A stretch of DNA of 64,000 bases, from positions 10,979 through 74,978 of the forward strand of contig JBEBUC010000009.1 in the NCBI GenBank assembly GCA_040393465.1. Direction: 5' to 3'. This DNA comes from Flavobacterium sp. (GTDB lineage: Bacteria; Bacteroidota; Bacteroidia; Flavobacteriales; Flavobacteriaceae). Both the position numbers and the translations under genes were made by a program. Every line of letters begins with the position of its first letter. Position 1 is the stretch's first letter. The notes beneath the pieces are model-generated. The model was not told where the DNA came from. It saw only the letters and a program-made list of their open reading frames with translations, and made no database searches. Below, piece by piece: positions 18,339 to 28,650 of this stretch.

Positions 18339-20321
18339 ATGAGACAAGTAACCATAGCCTTACTTTTTTGGGGAATAACAGCGCATGCACAAAGCAACCC
18401 CATTTCAAACGACACCGTAACTGCTTTAGAAAGCATTGATTTGGTTGTTATGGCAAAAAAGAAAATCGAAACCGAAATAAAAATGGCGGTATCGGTAGAT
18501 GAATTTTTGGCATCTTCTGATCAAATAAGTTTTATAAAAAGAGGTGCTTTTGCCTGGGAGCCTTTGCTTAACAATATGGGCACAGAGCGATCGACAATTA
18601 CAATTGATGGGATGCATATTTTTGGAGCGTGTACCGATAAAATGGACCCGATTACTTCCTATGTCGAGCGCAATAATTTGTCTGGAATTGACATCAAATC
18701 CGGACAAGAAGGAAGCTTACAAGGCGCAACCATTGCCGGAAGCATTGACCTCAAAAGAAACAGCACCCCTTTTGGTCGCGAGACGAAATGGAACGGAGCC
18801 TATGAAACGGGTTTCGAATTCAACAACAAACAGTTTTTAAACTTGGCAAATCTGTCGTACTCCAGTGAGAAATTTGTTGCAGATGGAAGCATTTCCTATC
18901 GGAAGGCCGATAACTACAAAGACGGAAATAACAATGAGGTACCACATTCTCAATATAAAAAGTTGAATACTTCGTTGGGCTTGGCATATAAAACCAATTC
19001 GTTATCGTCTGTGAGAATCGACGCTATATTCGATGTTGCTAAAGATGTTGGTTATCCTGCTTTACCGATGGATTTATGGCTTTCTCGCGCCATTATTACT
19101 TCTGCTTCTTACAAGCAGTTATTTGAGGACGGAGCCGTAAAAGCATGGGATACCAAAATCTATTTCAATGCAATCGAACATTATATGGATGATACCACTC
19201 GCCCAGAGAATTTGGTGCACATGGATATGCCGGGTTGGAATACCACTTACGGTTTGGTGTCCAGATTGGATTTAAAAAGCAATCGCTATCGTTCGGAAGT
19301 ACAACTCAATGCTTATCACAATTTATCCATAGCCGAAATGCGAATGTACCCGCAAGACCGCAGCAAGCGAACCATGTTTGCCTATAGTTGGCCGTGGGTT
19401 ACCACAGCTCATGCCAGTCTTTCAACAACCAATACTTGGGAAATATCAGACGAAAGCGAACTAAACTTCGGCGGTTCCTTAGGAATTAATTACAACCATT
19501 CCAAATACGTTGAATTTAACTGGATTTTTTATCCAGGAGCACCTCAAGAAAAGACGCGCTTTTTGCCTAGTCTGTATGCCAGTTACAAATTTAACCTCAG
19601 CCAATTTCGTTTTTCGTTCGGAACCGGTTATGGACACAGAGCGCCCTCGGTGTCTGAAGCTTATGGTTATTACATCTACAACAGTTTTGACCGCTACGAT
19701 TATATTGGGAATCCCAATTTAAAAAATGAAATCTCTTACGAGACCAATGCAAGTGCCGGTTTTAACAGTGGAAAATGGAATATTCAGGCCAAAGTAAACT
19801 ATTTCTATATCCAAAATTACGTTATCGGCAGGGTGCTGAGTTTGGGTAGTCCGATGAATTATCAATCCGTTGGTGTAAAGGGATACACCTCCTTAGATTA
19901 TGCGAAATTATTTAATTTCTCGCTAAACTCTAGTTACCACATTCTTGACGATTTACACTGGAACGGAACGTTAACGTATGCTCGAGGTCAAGACGACAAA
20001 AAAGGTAATTTACCGTTTATCCGCCCATTAAGCTATCAGACTTCCCTCCATTTTGGATATCGGAATTTCGGGTTTCAAACATCGGTACACGGCGATTTTG
20101 AACAGCTTAACTACAGTCCTGAATACGGAGAAGACCAAACACCGTCTTATGCCATCTGGAATTTTTCTACCGACTACCACTTTAAAGCCCAAAACAAGGG
20201 TATAACGGTTCAAATCGGCATTGAAAATATCTTTAACAAATACTATAGTACCTATGCAGACTGGGGAAATATTCCGAGAGTCGGACGCAACATTTTTACC
20301 TCATTAAAATTTAATTTCTAA
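18339..20321 (+). CDS. TonB-dependent receptor, OprC/NosA-like copper transporter
   Basis: Plug motif GACTDKMDP (CxxxM), barrel motif EHYMD (HxM), extra HMDM, IENIFNKYY...GRNIF and terminal F. Confidence 0.8.
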   Translation: MRQVTIALLFWGITAHAQSNPISNDTVTALESIDLVVMAKKKIETEIKMAVSVDEFLASSDQISFIKRGAFAWEPLLNNMGTERSTITIDGMHIFGACTDKMDPITSYVERNNLSGIDIKSGQEGSLQGATIAGSIDLKRNSTPFGRETKWNGAYETGFEFNNKQFLNLANLSYSSEKFVADGSISYRKADNYKDGNNNEVPHSQYKKLNTSLGLAYKTNSLSSVRIDAIFDVAKDVGYPALPMDLWLSRAIITSASYKQLFEDGAVKAWDTKIYFNAIEHYMDDTTRPENLVHMDMPGWNTTYGLVSRLDLKSNRYRSEVQLNAYHNLSIAEMRMYPQDRSKRTMFAYSWPWVTTAHASLSTTNTWEISDESELNFGGSLGINYNHSKYVEFNWIFYPGAPQEKTRFLPSLYASYKFNLSQFRFSFGTGYGHRAPSVSEAYGYYIYNSFDRYDYIGNPNLKNEISYETNASAGFNSGKWNIQAKVNYFYIQNYVIGRVLSLGSPMNYQSVGVKGYTSLDYAKLFNFSLNSSYHILDDLHWNGTLTYARGQDDKKGNLPFIRPLSYQTSLHFGYRNFGFQTSVHGDFEQLNYSPEYGEDQTPSYAIWNFSTDYHFKAQNKGITVQIGIENIFNKYYSTYADWGNIPRVGRNIFTSLKFNF

Positions 20322-20342
20322 ACTTTTAAAAATCTAAACAGC

Positions 20343-21209
20343 ATGAAAAATCTACAAACATATTTTTTATTGACGGCAATTTCATTACTATTTGCCTCTT
20401 GTCAAAGCGATGACAGCACCCCTGCAGCCAACAACCTAACCTTGACGTTCTCCAATACCTTTAAAGACACCCGTATTGTACTCGGTGACGCGACTTCTAC
20501 ACAGGCTACTACAAATACTTCCGCAGCGGGACAAGTACACCAATTCTCAGAACTAAAGTATGTCATCAGTCATATTCGTCTGATTAAGGCAGACGGAACG
20601 GAAATCCCCTACAACATTAATGATTTGGACCAGGGAGCAACAGTTATCGATCAGTCTAAACCGGAAACGCTCAACTACACTTTAAGTAACATCCCCACTG
20701 GCGATTATAAGCAACTAAAATTTGGACTAGGAGTAAAACGGGATTTAAATGTTTTAAATCAGGTAAAATTCCCTTTTTTCTATGCTACAGCAGGGGCAAA
20801 CGATACCAAAATGATGTGGGAATGGGGAACAGGGTACCGCTTTACCAAAATCGAGGGTTTTTATGACACCGATAAAAAAACGCTATCGATACATACCGGA
20901 AGCACCATAGAAGGAAAAGAAGGCAGTTATACTCAAGGAGTCGACTCGTATAGAGACGTCGTTCTAAATCTTCCGATACAAGCAGTAGTTGGTCATAAGG
21001 CCCCTACCATACTAATCAAAGCGGACTTTGACAAATTATTGACTGGAAAAACCCATACGATTACTTTAAGTACTGGGACTGGGATGGATGATAACGCCAC
21101 CCCAAACATTCATACCGCCAATCAAATGGTTCCGTTTGTGGATAATTTAGGAGGAAACGGTTCAAATGATGTAACGGGTATGTTTTCGATACTGAAGGTA
21201 GAAAATTAA
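20343..21209 (+). CDS. MbnP family copper-binding lipoprotein
   Basis: Lipobox FASC followed by QSDD; MMWEWGTGYRFTKIEG (WxW motif) and downstream IHTG; adjacent to an MbnH-like gene. Confidence 0.8.
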   Translation: MKNLQTYFLLTAISLLFASCQSDDSTPAANNLTLTFSNTFKDTRIVLGDATSTQATTNTSAAGQVHQFSELKYVISHIRLIKADGTEIPYNINDLDQGATVIDQSKPETLNYTLSNIPTGDYKQLKFGLGVKRDLNVLNQVKFPFFYATAGANDTKMMWEWGTGYRFTKIEGFYDTDKKTLSIHTGSTIEGKEGSYTQGVDSYRDVVLNLPIQAVVGHKAPTILIKADFDKLLTGKTHTITLSTGTGMDDNATPNIHTANQMVPFVDNLGGNGSNDVTGMFSILKVEN

Positions 21210-21285
21210 AAACACAATAGCGTCGCCTGATTTTTAGCTTTTAGGCGGCGCACTATTAAAATCTAGTTGAAAGAACTTATCTGGA

Positions 21286-22311
21286 ATGAAAAAAAAATTA
21301 GGTCTATTCTTGACGGCACTGTTATTAGCTTCGTGTGCGCACGATGACTATGAGACCGTTTTATTTGACAACCCCGAACTTACTTTACAAATTCCCGTGG
21401 ATTTTCCCGTACTAAACAACGCGGTACTGGAAAATAGACCTACCCAATACGGTGTTGAATTGGGTCAAAAACTCTTTGCAGAAAAAAGATTTAGTTCCGA
21501 CAACAGTATTTCCTGCGCCAGTTGCCACCTTAAAACAAATGCCTTTGCCGATAATCAAGCACAGGCTGTTGGAATCTTTGGACGAATTGGCCTCCGGAAT
21601 GTTCCTCCATTACAAAATCTAGCCTTTCTCCATTTTTACAACTGGGACGGTAGCAAACTGCAGTTGGAAAATCAAGTTTTAGTACCCATTATAACCCATG
21701 AAGAGATGAATTCTTCCATAGTGGAAGTAATTGATAAACTCCAAGGAGATTCAGACTATAACGAATTGTTTTATAAAGCATTCGGGGATAAAAACATTAG
21801 TGCAGAAAGAATCTATCGCAGTATCGCACAATATCAATACACTCTAATATCTGCCAACAGCAAATACGACCGGGTTAAAAACAATCTAGGAGATCGCTTT
21901 ACAGAAACGGAAAACAGGGGTTTTCAGACCTTTCAACAAAAGTGCGCCAGCTGCCATAGTACAGCGCTCTTTACCGACCAGAGTTTTAGGAACATCGGGT
22001 TCCCCGTCAACACAGATACCAATGAAGCAGGACGTGCCAGAGTTACAGGCATTGCAACCGATTATATGAGCTTTCGAGTACCTTCTTTGCGCAATGTAGC
22101 CTATACGGCACCTTACGGAAGTTTCGGGCAGTTCGCTACCTTAAAAGCGGTTTTAGATTATTTTGACAAGGGTGTGTTGTATGCCGACAATCTCGATCCG
22201 GTTTTCAAGAACAACGGCAATAGGATACCACTGACAGAACAAGAGAAGGCCGATTTAATCGCTTTTATGATAACGTTAAGCGATGAAGAATTTACCGGAA
22301 GGTTGCCCTAA
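21286..22311 (+). CDS. Di-heme cytochrome c peroxidase superfamily protein (MbnH/MauG-like)
   Basis: Two CASCH heme motifs, NWDG inter-heme Trp, GRARVT, FRVPSLRNV; lipobox LASC. Confidence 0.88.
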   Translation: MKKKLGLFLTALLLASCAHDDYETVLFDNPELTLQIPVDFPVLNNAVLENRPTQYGVELGQKLFAEKRFSSDNSISCASCHLKTNAFADNQAQAVGIFGRIGLRNVPPLQNLAFLHFYNWDGSKLQLENQVLVPIITHEEMNSSIVEVIDKLQGDSDYNELFYKAFGDKNISAERIYRSIAQYQYTLISANSKYDRVKNNLGDRFTETENRGFQTFQQKCASCHSTALFTDQSFRNIGFPVNTDTNEAGRARVTGIATDYMSFRVPSLRNVAYTAPYGSFGQFATLKAVLDYFDKGVLYADNLDPVFKNNGNRIPLTEQEKADLIAFMITLSDEEFTGRLP

Positions 22312-22356
22312 TTAAAAAAGCTACTAGAAGGCATTACTTCTAGTAGCTTTTTTAAT
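22311..22356. terminator. Bidirectional terminator between the copper locus and hemL
   Basis: 20-bp perfect inverted repeat ATTAAAAAAGCTACTAGAAG / CTTCTAGTAGCTTTTTTAAT. Confidence 0.9.
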
Positions 22357-22374
22357 CATTTTATTTTTTTTAGA

Positions 22375-23664
22375 CTAACCAACATTTTGAAAAACCGTAT
22401 TCACTGCATCTATTGTAAAGTCCAAATCTTCATAAGTCAAAGCGTCGGTTATAAACCAAGTTTCGTATGCTGAAGGAGCAATATATACGCCTTGTTTCAA
22501 TAAGCCGTGAAAAAATTCCTTAAACGTATCGTTATCGCCATAACCTGCAGTTGTAAAATCAAAAACGGGTTTGCTATCAAAAAACACTGAAATCATGGAT
22601 CCTACTCTATTGATCGTATAGTCGATATTATTTTGAGTTAACACCTGACGCAGCCCCTTTTCCAAATAGGCTGTTTTTTCTTCTAAACGGGTATATAAAT
22701 GCAAATCTTTTTCTATCTCTTGAAGCATGGTTAAACCTGCTGCCATAGCCAAAGGATTTCCAGACAGGGTTCCAGCCTGATAAACCGGCCCAACGGGCGC
22801 TAAATAATCCATAATTTCGGTACGAGCGGCAAAAGCGCCAACCGGTAGTCCACCACCAATTACTTTTCCAAAAGTTACGATATCTGCTGCTATCCCAAAC
22901 AATTCTTGTGCCCCTCCACGAGCCAAGCGAAATCCAGTCATTACTTCATCAAAAATCAATAGAGCACCGTGTTGAGTACATAAGCTCCTCAAACCTTCAA
23001 GAAAACCTTTATTGGGAGGAATACACCCCATATTTCCAGCAACTGGTTCTATAATTAAAGCGGCTATTTCGCTTGGATTGGCTTCAAAAAGCATTTTTAC
23101 ACTTTCTAGATCGTTATAATTTGCCAATAAGGTATCTTTTGCAGTTCCTTGAGTAACTCCTGGACTATTGGGCGACCCAAAAGTGACAGCTCCACTACCT
23201 GCTTGGATTAAGAAAGAATCCGAGTGTCCGTGGTAACAACCTTTAAACTTGATGATCTTTTCTCTATTTGTAAATCCCCTTGCCAAACGAACAGCGCTCA
23301 TACAAGCTTCTGTTCCCGAATTGACAAAGCGAATTTTATCTATATTAGGTACCATAGATACAGCCAATGCAGCAATTTGAGTTTCTATCTCTGTTGGCAT
23401 TCCAAAGGAAGTACCCAACTTTGCTTTTTCAATAATAGCCTGAACAACGGGTTCATAGGCATGACCCAAAATCATCGGTCCCCAAGAATTGATATAATCA
23501 ATTAACTTATTTCCGTCCTCATCATATAAATATGCGCCTAAAGCTTTTTTTACAAAAATGGGGGTTCCCCCAACGGATTTAAATGCTCTTACAGGTGAAT
23601 TAACACCACCCGGAATTACTTTTTCTGCCGCTGCAAAAAGCTGGCTGCTTCTTTGATATAACAT
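22375..23664 (-). CDS. hemL: Glutamate-1-semialdehyde 2,1-aminomutase
   Basis: [50 protein letters not shown]. Confidence 0.96.
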   Translation of the reverse strand: MLYQRSSQLFAAAEKVIPGGVNSPVRAFKSVGGTPIFVKKALGAYLYDEDGNKLIDYINSWGPMILGHAYEPVVQAIIEKAKLGTSFGMPTEIETQIAALAVSMVPNIDKIRFVNSGTEACMSAVRLARGFTNREKIIKFKGCYHGHSDSFLIQAGSGAVTFGSPNSPGVTQGTAKDTLLANYNDLESVKMLFEANPSEIAALIIEPVAGNMGCIPPNKGFLEGLRSLCTQHGALLIFDEVMTGFRLARGGAQELFGIAADIVTFGKVIGGGLPVGAFAARTEIMDYLAPVGPVYQAGTLSGNPLAMAAGLTMLQEIEKDLHLYTRLEEKTAYLEKGLRQVLTQNNIDYTINRVGSMISVFFDSKPVFDFTTAGYGDNDTFKEFFHGLLKQGVYIAPSAYETWFITDALTYEDLDFTIDAVNTVFQNVG

Positions 23665-24533
23665 TATTTTATTTTTAAGATTTGTCCGATTGAAATGGTA
23701 TTATCGGGTAAATTATTTAATTTTTGCAATTCGGCTACGGTGAGGTTGTATCGCTTCGATATGGAAAACAACGTATCTCCTCCCGACACTTTATAGCTAC
23801 TGTAATTTGTTGTTAGCGTTGCAGCAGCAGTAGATACGGAAACCGTCTTGACAACTGCTACATACTTATTCCCCAACACTTCAGCATCAAAATTGAACAG
23901 TTGATAACGTTCAATTAAACTGATTAGTTTTTCGGGATATTTAGGGTCCGTAGCGTAACCGGCGGCACGTAAACCTCGCGCCCATCCGACATAATCGCCC
24001 TTATCCAATTCAAACAATTTAGAATACCTTCCCCTTTTGGTTAAAAACATCGAATGATCTCTATAGGATTCCTCTGCGGTTTCGTACTTTCTAAAACATT
24101 CGTCTGGAGCATCATCGTCATGACGAACGGAGTCCCCGTCCCAACCTTGATGGCATTTAATTCCAAAATGATTATTGGCTTTTTGACTCAGCGTTCCTTG
24201 CCCAGAACCGGATTCTAAAACCCCTTGAGCTAGAGTGATACTCGCCGGAACGCCATGGTCGGACATGTTGTTTTTTGCAATGTCTTTATACCGCATAATA
24301 TATTCTCGAATCATATCATTGGTTACACTCAATTTGGAAGTCGCCTCTAAAGTTTCTATAGTACCCCTATCCTTCGACTTAATCGGTTTCTTATTTAGCT
24401 GAGCCCTGTACGAGGCCTTATTGATTAATTCCGTCCTTTTCTTCTTTTTCTTTGTAAGGCTACTCTTGCTATTAGTTGAGCCACAACTCACTAAAAAGGC
24501 AAGAAACACAAATAAAAATACTTTCTTTAGCAT
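23664..24533 (-). CDS. GH73 glucosaminidase-domain lipoprotein with C-terminal LysM
   Basis: [30 protein letters not shown]; Lys[17 protein letters not shown]; lipobox LVSC. Confidence 0.9.
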   Translation of the reverse strand: MLKKVFLFVFLAFLVSCGSTNSKSSLTKKKKKRTELINKASYRAQLNKKPIKSKDRGTIETLEATSKLSVTNDMIREYIMRYKDIAKNNMSDHGVPASITLAQGVLESGSGQGTLSQKANNHFGIKCHQGWDGDSVRHDDDAPDECFRKYETAEESYRDHSMFLTKRGRYSKLFELDKGDYVGWARGLRAAGYATDPKYPEKLISLIERYQLFNFDAEVLGNKYVAVVKTVSVSTAAATLTTNYSSYKVSGGDTLFSISKRYNLTVAELQKLNNLPDNTISIGQILKIK

Positions 24534-24536
24534 AAT

Positions 24537-25433
24537 CTATCTTTTAACTAATTCTAAATCAAATTTTGAATTCCATCCTTGTAAGCCACCGGTATGAATG
24601 GCTAATATTTTAGTTCCTTGAGGAAAATAGTCTTTTTCGATTAAATCGATAATACCAAACATCATCTTCCCAGTATACACAGGATCTAATAAGATGCCCG
24701 TTTTTTGACGAAAATAGTTCAAAAAGTGCATCAGTTCCGAAGTTGTTTTTGCATAACCTCCAAAATGATAGTCGTGAATCAATTTCCAATTTCTACGAAC
24801 TACCAAATTATCAATTTCTGCGGTCAAAAAACTTCCCTTAAGTGCAGGAAAACCTAATACACTTTGGCTGCTTTGGACCGAATTGATCAATCCCGCTATA
24901 GTACCTCCCGTTCCAACGGCACTACAAATATAATCAAACTCTAGATCTTGTTCTTTTAAAATTTCCTCACATCCTTTCACCGCTAGCGCATTAGTACCTC
25001 CTTCTGGTATCAAGTAAAACTCCGCAAACTCCTTTTTTAAATCTGCTATAAAATAGGGTTCTGTTTTTTCCCTATACGCTTCACGTGTAATAAACTTTAG
25101 AAGCATACCGTTCTCTTGTGCTTTTTTTAAGGTAGGATTATCTAAATACTTATATTTTAATTCATCCCCTCTAATTACGCCTATGGTTTGAAAACCAAAT
25201 TCTTTACCCGCTGCCGCTGTGGCTGCGATATGATTTGAAAACGCCCCCCCAAATGTCAACATGGTTTTTACACCCAGTTCCTTCGCTTTTAAAAAATTAT
25301 ATTTTAATTTCCGAAATTTATTTCCGGAAATTTCCGGATGCAATAAATCTTCTCTTTTAAGATAAAGTACTATATCATTTTTAAATAAAAGGTCCACCTT
25401 TTGATTTTCAATCCGTTGTTCTTCAAACATCAT
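24537..25433 (-). CDS. ACC deaminase / D-cysteine desulfhydrase family PLP enzyme
   Basis: SGNKFRK PLP lysine, GGAFSNH, PEGG, GTGGT, LDPVYTGK, HTGG. Confidence 0.88.
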   Translation of the reverse strand: MMFEEQRIENQKVDLLFKNDIVLYLKREDLLHPEISGNKFRKLKYNFLKAKELGVKTMLTFGGAFSNHIAATAAAGKEFGFQTIGVIRGDELKYKYLDNPTLKKAQENGMLLKFITREAYREKTEPYFIADLKKEFAEFYLIPEGGTNALAVKGCEEILKEQDLEFDYICSAVGTGGTIAGLINSVQSSQSVLGFPALKGSFLTAEIDNLVVRRNWKLIHDYHFGGYAKTTSELMHFLNYFRQKTGILLDPVYTGKMMFGIIDLIEKDYFPQGTKILAIHTGGLQGWNSKFDLELVKR

Positions 25434-25771
25434 ATATATTTTAAAAAAGCAGCAAACTTCCTTTTCTGCAAATAATTTAATTCCGTTTCATGCCCGTATG
25501 CCTCGCGTTCAAATGAAATTGCTTTATATGCCTTTTTTTTATCTTTCAATTGTACTAATTTTATTAAAAATTCCAAGATATACCAGATATAAAAAAACAC
25601 CACCAACAATTCTAATTGTTGTTTGATGTGGATTTTTTCATGGGCAATCAGAATCTCATCTTTAAGGCTATCCCTTTTTTTAAAGATAATAAAAGGGTAT
25701 ATTGTGACTCCGACAAAGCCTTTTGGAACCCAGTTTTGGTTTATTAATATCTTGTAATACATTTTATACAA
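25430..25771 (-). CDS. Small membrane-associated hypothetical protein with HExxH motif
   Basis: AHEKIHIKQQ, a hydrophobic segment, then SFEREAY; overlaps the next gene by 4 nt. Confidence 0.7.
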   Translation of the reverse strand: MYKMYYKILINQNWVPKGFVGVTIYPFIIFKKRDSLKDEILIAHEKIHIKQQLELLVVFFYIWYILEFLIKLVQLKDKKKAYKAISFEREAYGHETELNYLQKRKFAAFLKYI

Positions 25772-25991
25772 ATTGACAGCATTTTTCTGTAAAATTCAAT
25801 AATTTTAAACTTTTATTATCATATTAATTAAGCGTTGTTTGTATGCTTTCATAGATCTTGTTTTTGTATTTTTACCCAAACAGCTATATTCATCATAACC
25901 AACAACTTATACTCTAATAAAAATAAGCAAAAAAAATCTTGTAAACCATTTATAAGATCTATAAATATCCATTTATCCTAAATTTTTAGAC

Positions 25992-27980
25992 ATGAATTTT
26001 AAAGAACAGGTTCAAATAGGCATTCCAACCGTACTGCCGAGTCCTAAATCTTATGATTATTCAATTAATCACGCTCCTAAAAGAAAAGAAATACTCAGTG
26101 CAGACGAACAGAAACTCGCCTTAAAAAACGCATTGCGCTACTTTAAACCGGAACAACATGCCGAGCTTTTAGAAGAGTTTAAAACGGAACTCGAAAAATA
26201 CGGTCGTATCTATATGTATCGTTTCCGTCCGGACTATAAAATGTACGCCCGACCCATAGACGAATATCCGGGAAAATCGTTGCAAGCACGCTCCATTATG
26301 TTGATGATTCAAAATAACTTGGATTATGCCGTAGCACAACATCCACATGAATTGATTACTTATGGTGGAAATGGCGCTGTTTTTCAAAACTGGGCACAAT
26401 ATCTGTTGACCATGAAATATTTGTCTGAAATGACCGACGAGCAAACGCTTGCCATGTATTCTGGACACCCTATGGGACTTTTTCCTTCTCATAAAAATGC
26501 CCCGCGTGTGGTGGTCACCAACGGTATGATGATACCCAATTATTCTAAACCGGACGATTGGGAGAAATTCAATGCATTAGGTGTATCTCAATACGGACAA
26601 ATGACAGCGGGAAGCTATATGTATATCGGTCCACAAGGCATTGTACACGGCACAACCATCACTGTTTTAAACGGCGGTCGTAAAATTTCTAAAGAGGGTG
26701 AAGGCCTAGCAGGCAAACTCTTTGTAACTTCTGGACTTGGGGGAATGAGCGGTGCTCAACCCAAAGCGGGAAATATAGCGGGTTGTATTACCGTATGTGC
26801 TGAAGTCAATGAAAAAGCAGTAGCCGTTCGTCATTCACAGGCGTGGGTAGACGAAGTTGCTAGTGACCTAGACGCTTTGGTGGCACGGGTTAAGAAAGCG
26901 AAGGAAAACAAAGAGGTAGTATCCATTGCCTATCACGGTAATATAGTCGATGTATGGGAGAAATTTGATACAGAAAATGTCTATATCGATTTGGGGTCTG
27001 ACCAAACATCCTTACACAATCCATGGGCTGGCGGATATTATCCTGTAGGACTGAGTTTTGAACAAGCCAATATTATGATGGCCAATGAACCCGAAGCTTT
27101 TAAAGAAAAGGTTCATGAATCACTTCGACGTCAAGCTAATGCTATCAATAAACACACCGCTAAAGGCACTTATTTCTTTGATTACGGCAACGCTTTTTTA
27201 TTAGAAGCATCTAGAGCTGGAGCAGCCGTCATGGCAGCTAACGGCATTGATTTTAAATACCCAAGTTATGTACAAGACATTATGGGCCCGATGTGTTTTG
27301 ATTATGGTTTTGGACCTTTCCGCTGGGTTTGTGCTTCGGGAAAACCAGAAGATTTATTAAAAACAGACCAAATAGCCTGTGCTGTATTGGAAGAAATGAA
27401 AAAAAGTTCACCAAAAGAAATTCAACAACAAATGGATGACAACATCCGTTGGATTAAGGGAGCACAAGCCAATAATTTAGTCGTTGGTTCTCAAGCGCGT
27501 ATTTTATATGCCGATGCAGAGGGACGCATCAACATAGCTGAAGCATTTAATCGAGCCATTGCCGCTGGCCAAATTGGCCCTGTAGTGTTGGGGCGCGACC
27601 ATCACGATGTTTCCGGTACAGACTCTCCTTATAGAGAAACTTCCAACATCTATGACGGTTCTAAATTCACTGCCGATATGGCGATTCAAAACGTTATAGG
27701 TGATAGCTTTAGAGGCGCAACTTGGGTTTCGATACACAATGGCGGTGGTGTTGGATGGGGCGAAGTAATCAATGGAGGTTTTGGTATGCTTCTTGATGGT
27801 ACTAAAGAAGCTTCTGACCGCTTAAAATCGATGTTATTCTGGGATGTTAATAACGGAATAGCTAGAAGGAGTTGGGCCAGAAATGAAGAAGCTATTTTTG
27901 CTATTCAAAGAGCTATGGAAGCGGAACCCCTATTAAGGGTTACACTACCTAATTTGGTAGACGAAAATTTATTGAAATAA
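25992..27980 (+). CDS. hutU: Urocanate hydratase
   Basis: ELITYGGNG, GQMTAGSYMYIGPQGIVHGT, GLGGMSGAQ, GRDHHDVSGTDSP, HNGGGVGWG. Confidence 0.97.
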   Translation: MNFKEQVQIGIPTVLPSPKSYDYSINHAPKRKEILSADEQKLALKNALRYFKPEQHAELLEEFKTELEKYGRIYMYRFRPDYKMYARPIDEYPGKSLQARSIMLMIQNNLDYAVAQHPHELITYGGNGAVFQNWAQYLLTMKYLSEMTDEQTLAMYSGHPMGLFPSHKNAPRVVVTNGMMIPNYSKPDDWEKFNALGVSQYGQMTAGSYMYIGPQGIVHGTTITVLNGGRKISKEGEGLAGKLFVTSGLGGMSGAQPKAGNIAGCITVCAEVNEKAVAVRHSQAWVDEVASDLDALVARVKKAKENKEVVSIAYHGNIVDVWEKFDTENVYIDLGSDQTSLHNPWAGGYYPVGLSFEQANIMMANEPEAFKEKVHESLRRQANAINKHTAKGTYFFDYGNAFLLEASRAGAAVMAANGIDFKYPSYVQDIMGPMCFDYGFGPFRWVCASGKPEDLLKTDQIACAVLEEMKKSSPKEIQQQMDDNIRWIKGAQANNLVVGSQARILYADAEGRINIAEAFNRAIAAGQIGPVVLGRDHHDVSGTDSPYRETSNIYDGSKFTADMAIQNVIGDSFRGATWVSIHNGGGVGWGEVINGGFGMLLDGTKEASDRLKSMLFWDVNNGIARRSWARNEEAIFAIQRAMEAEPLLRVTLPNLVDENLLK

Positions 27981-28000
27981 ACTCACTATTAACCAAATTC

Positions 28001-28540
28001 TTGTCAATCATGAAACTTTTAAAATTTATTCCATTAGTTGCGTTAGCCTTTATCACCGGATGTAGTTCCGTTCAAGTAGCTACAGACTATGATAACAAAA
28101 CGGATTTTAACAATTACAAAACCTATGCTTTTTTCAAAGAAGGTATAGACAAAACAGAGATTTCCGATTTGGATAAAAAGCGTATACTTACCGCAATCGA
28201 TACGGAATTAGCAAAAAAAGGAATGACAAAGAGTGCCAATCCGGACTTTTTAATCAACATTTTCACCAAGGCGCAACAACGTGTCGATATAAGTCAAAAT
28301 GCTTATTATTCCCCATGGGGATACGGCTGGGGCTGGAATCCATATTGGGGATCTAGTTATAATACAGTTTCTACTTCTGTAGAAGGAAATCTATATATTG
28401 ACGTATTAGATGCCAAACGAAAAGAATTGGTTTGGCAAGGTGTTGGAACAGGGTATTTGACCAAAAACAGAGAAAAGAAAGAAGCACGTATTACGGAATT
28501 TGTTGCCAAAATTTTAAAGGACTTTCCTCCTACAAAATAA
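28001..28540 (+). CDS. DUF4136-type lipoprotein
   Basis: Lipobox ITGC, DYD...F..YKTYAF, aromatic/Gly-rich segment, EGNLYIDVLD...LVWQG. Confidence 0.75.
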   Translation: MSIMKLLKFIPLVALAFITGCSSVQVATDYDNKTDFNNYKTYAFFKEGIDKTEISDLDKKRILTAIDTELAKKGMTKSANPDFLINIFTKAQQRVDISQNAYYSPWGYGWGWNPYWGSSYNTVSTSVEGNLYIDVLDAKRKELVWQGVGTGYLTKNREKKEARITEFVAKILKDFPPTK

Positions 28541-28575
28541 CAAATATATATTCCTTTTATAAAACTAAATTACAC

Positions 28576-28616
28576 AAAAGAGGCTACCCCATAACAAAAT
28601 TGGGATAGCCTCTTTT
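28576..28616. terminator. Bidirectional terminator
   Basis: AAAAGAGGCTA / TAGCCTCTTTT stem. Confidence 0.75.
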
Positions 28617-28650
28617 ACGTTTCAAAAGATTATTTCGCTGATTTAGATGG

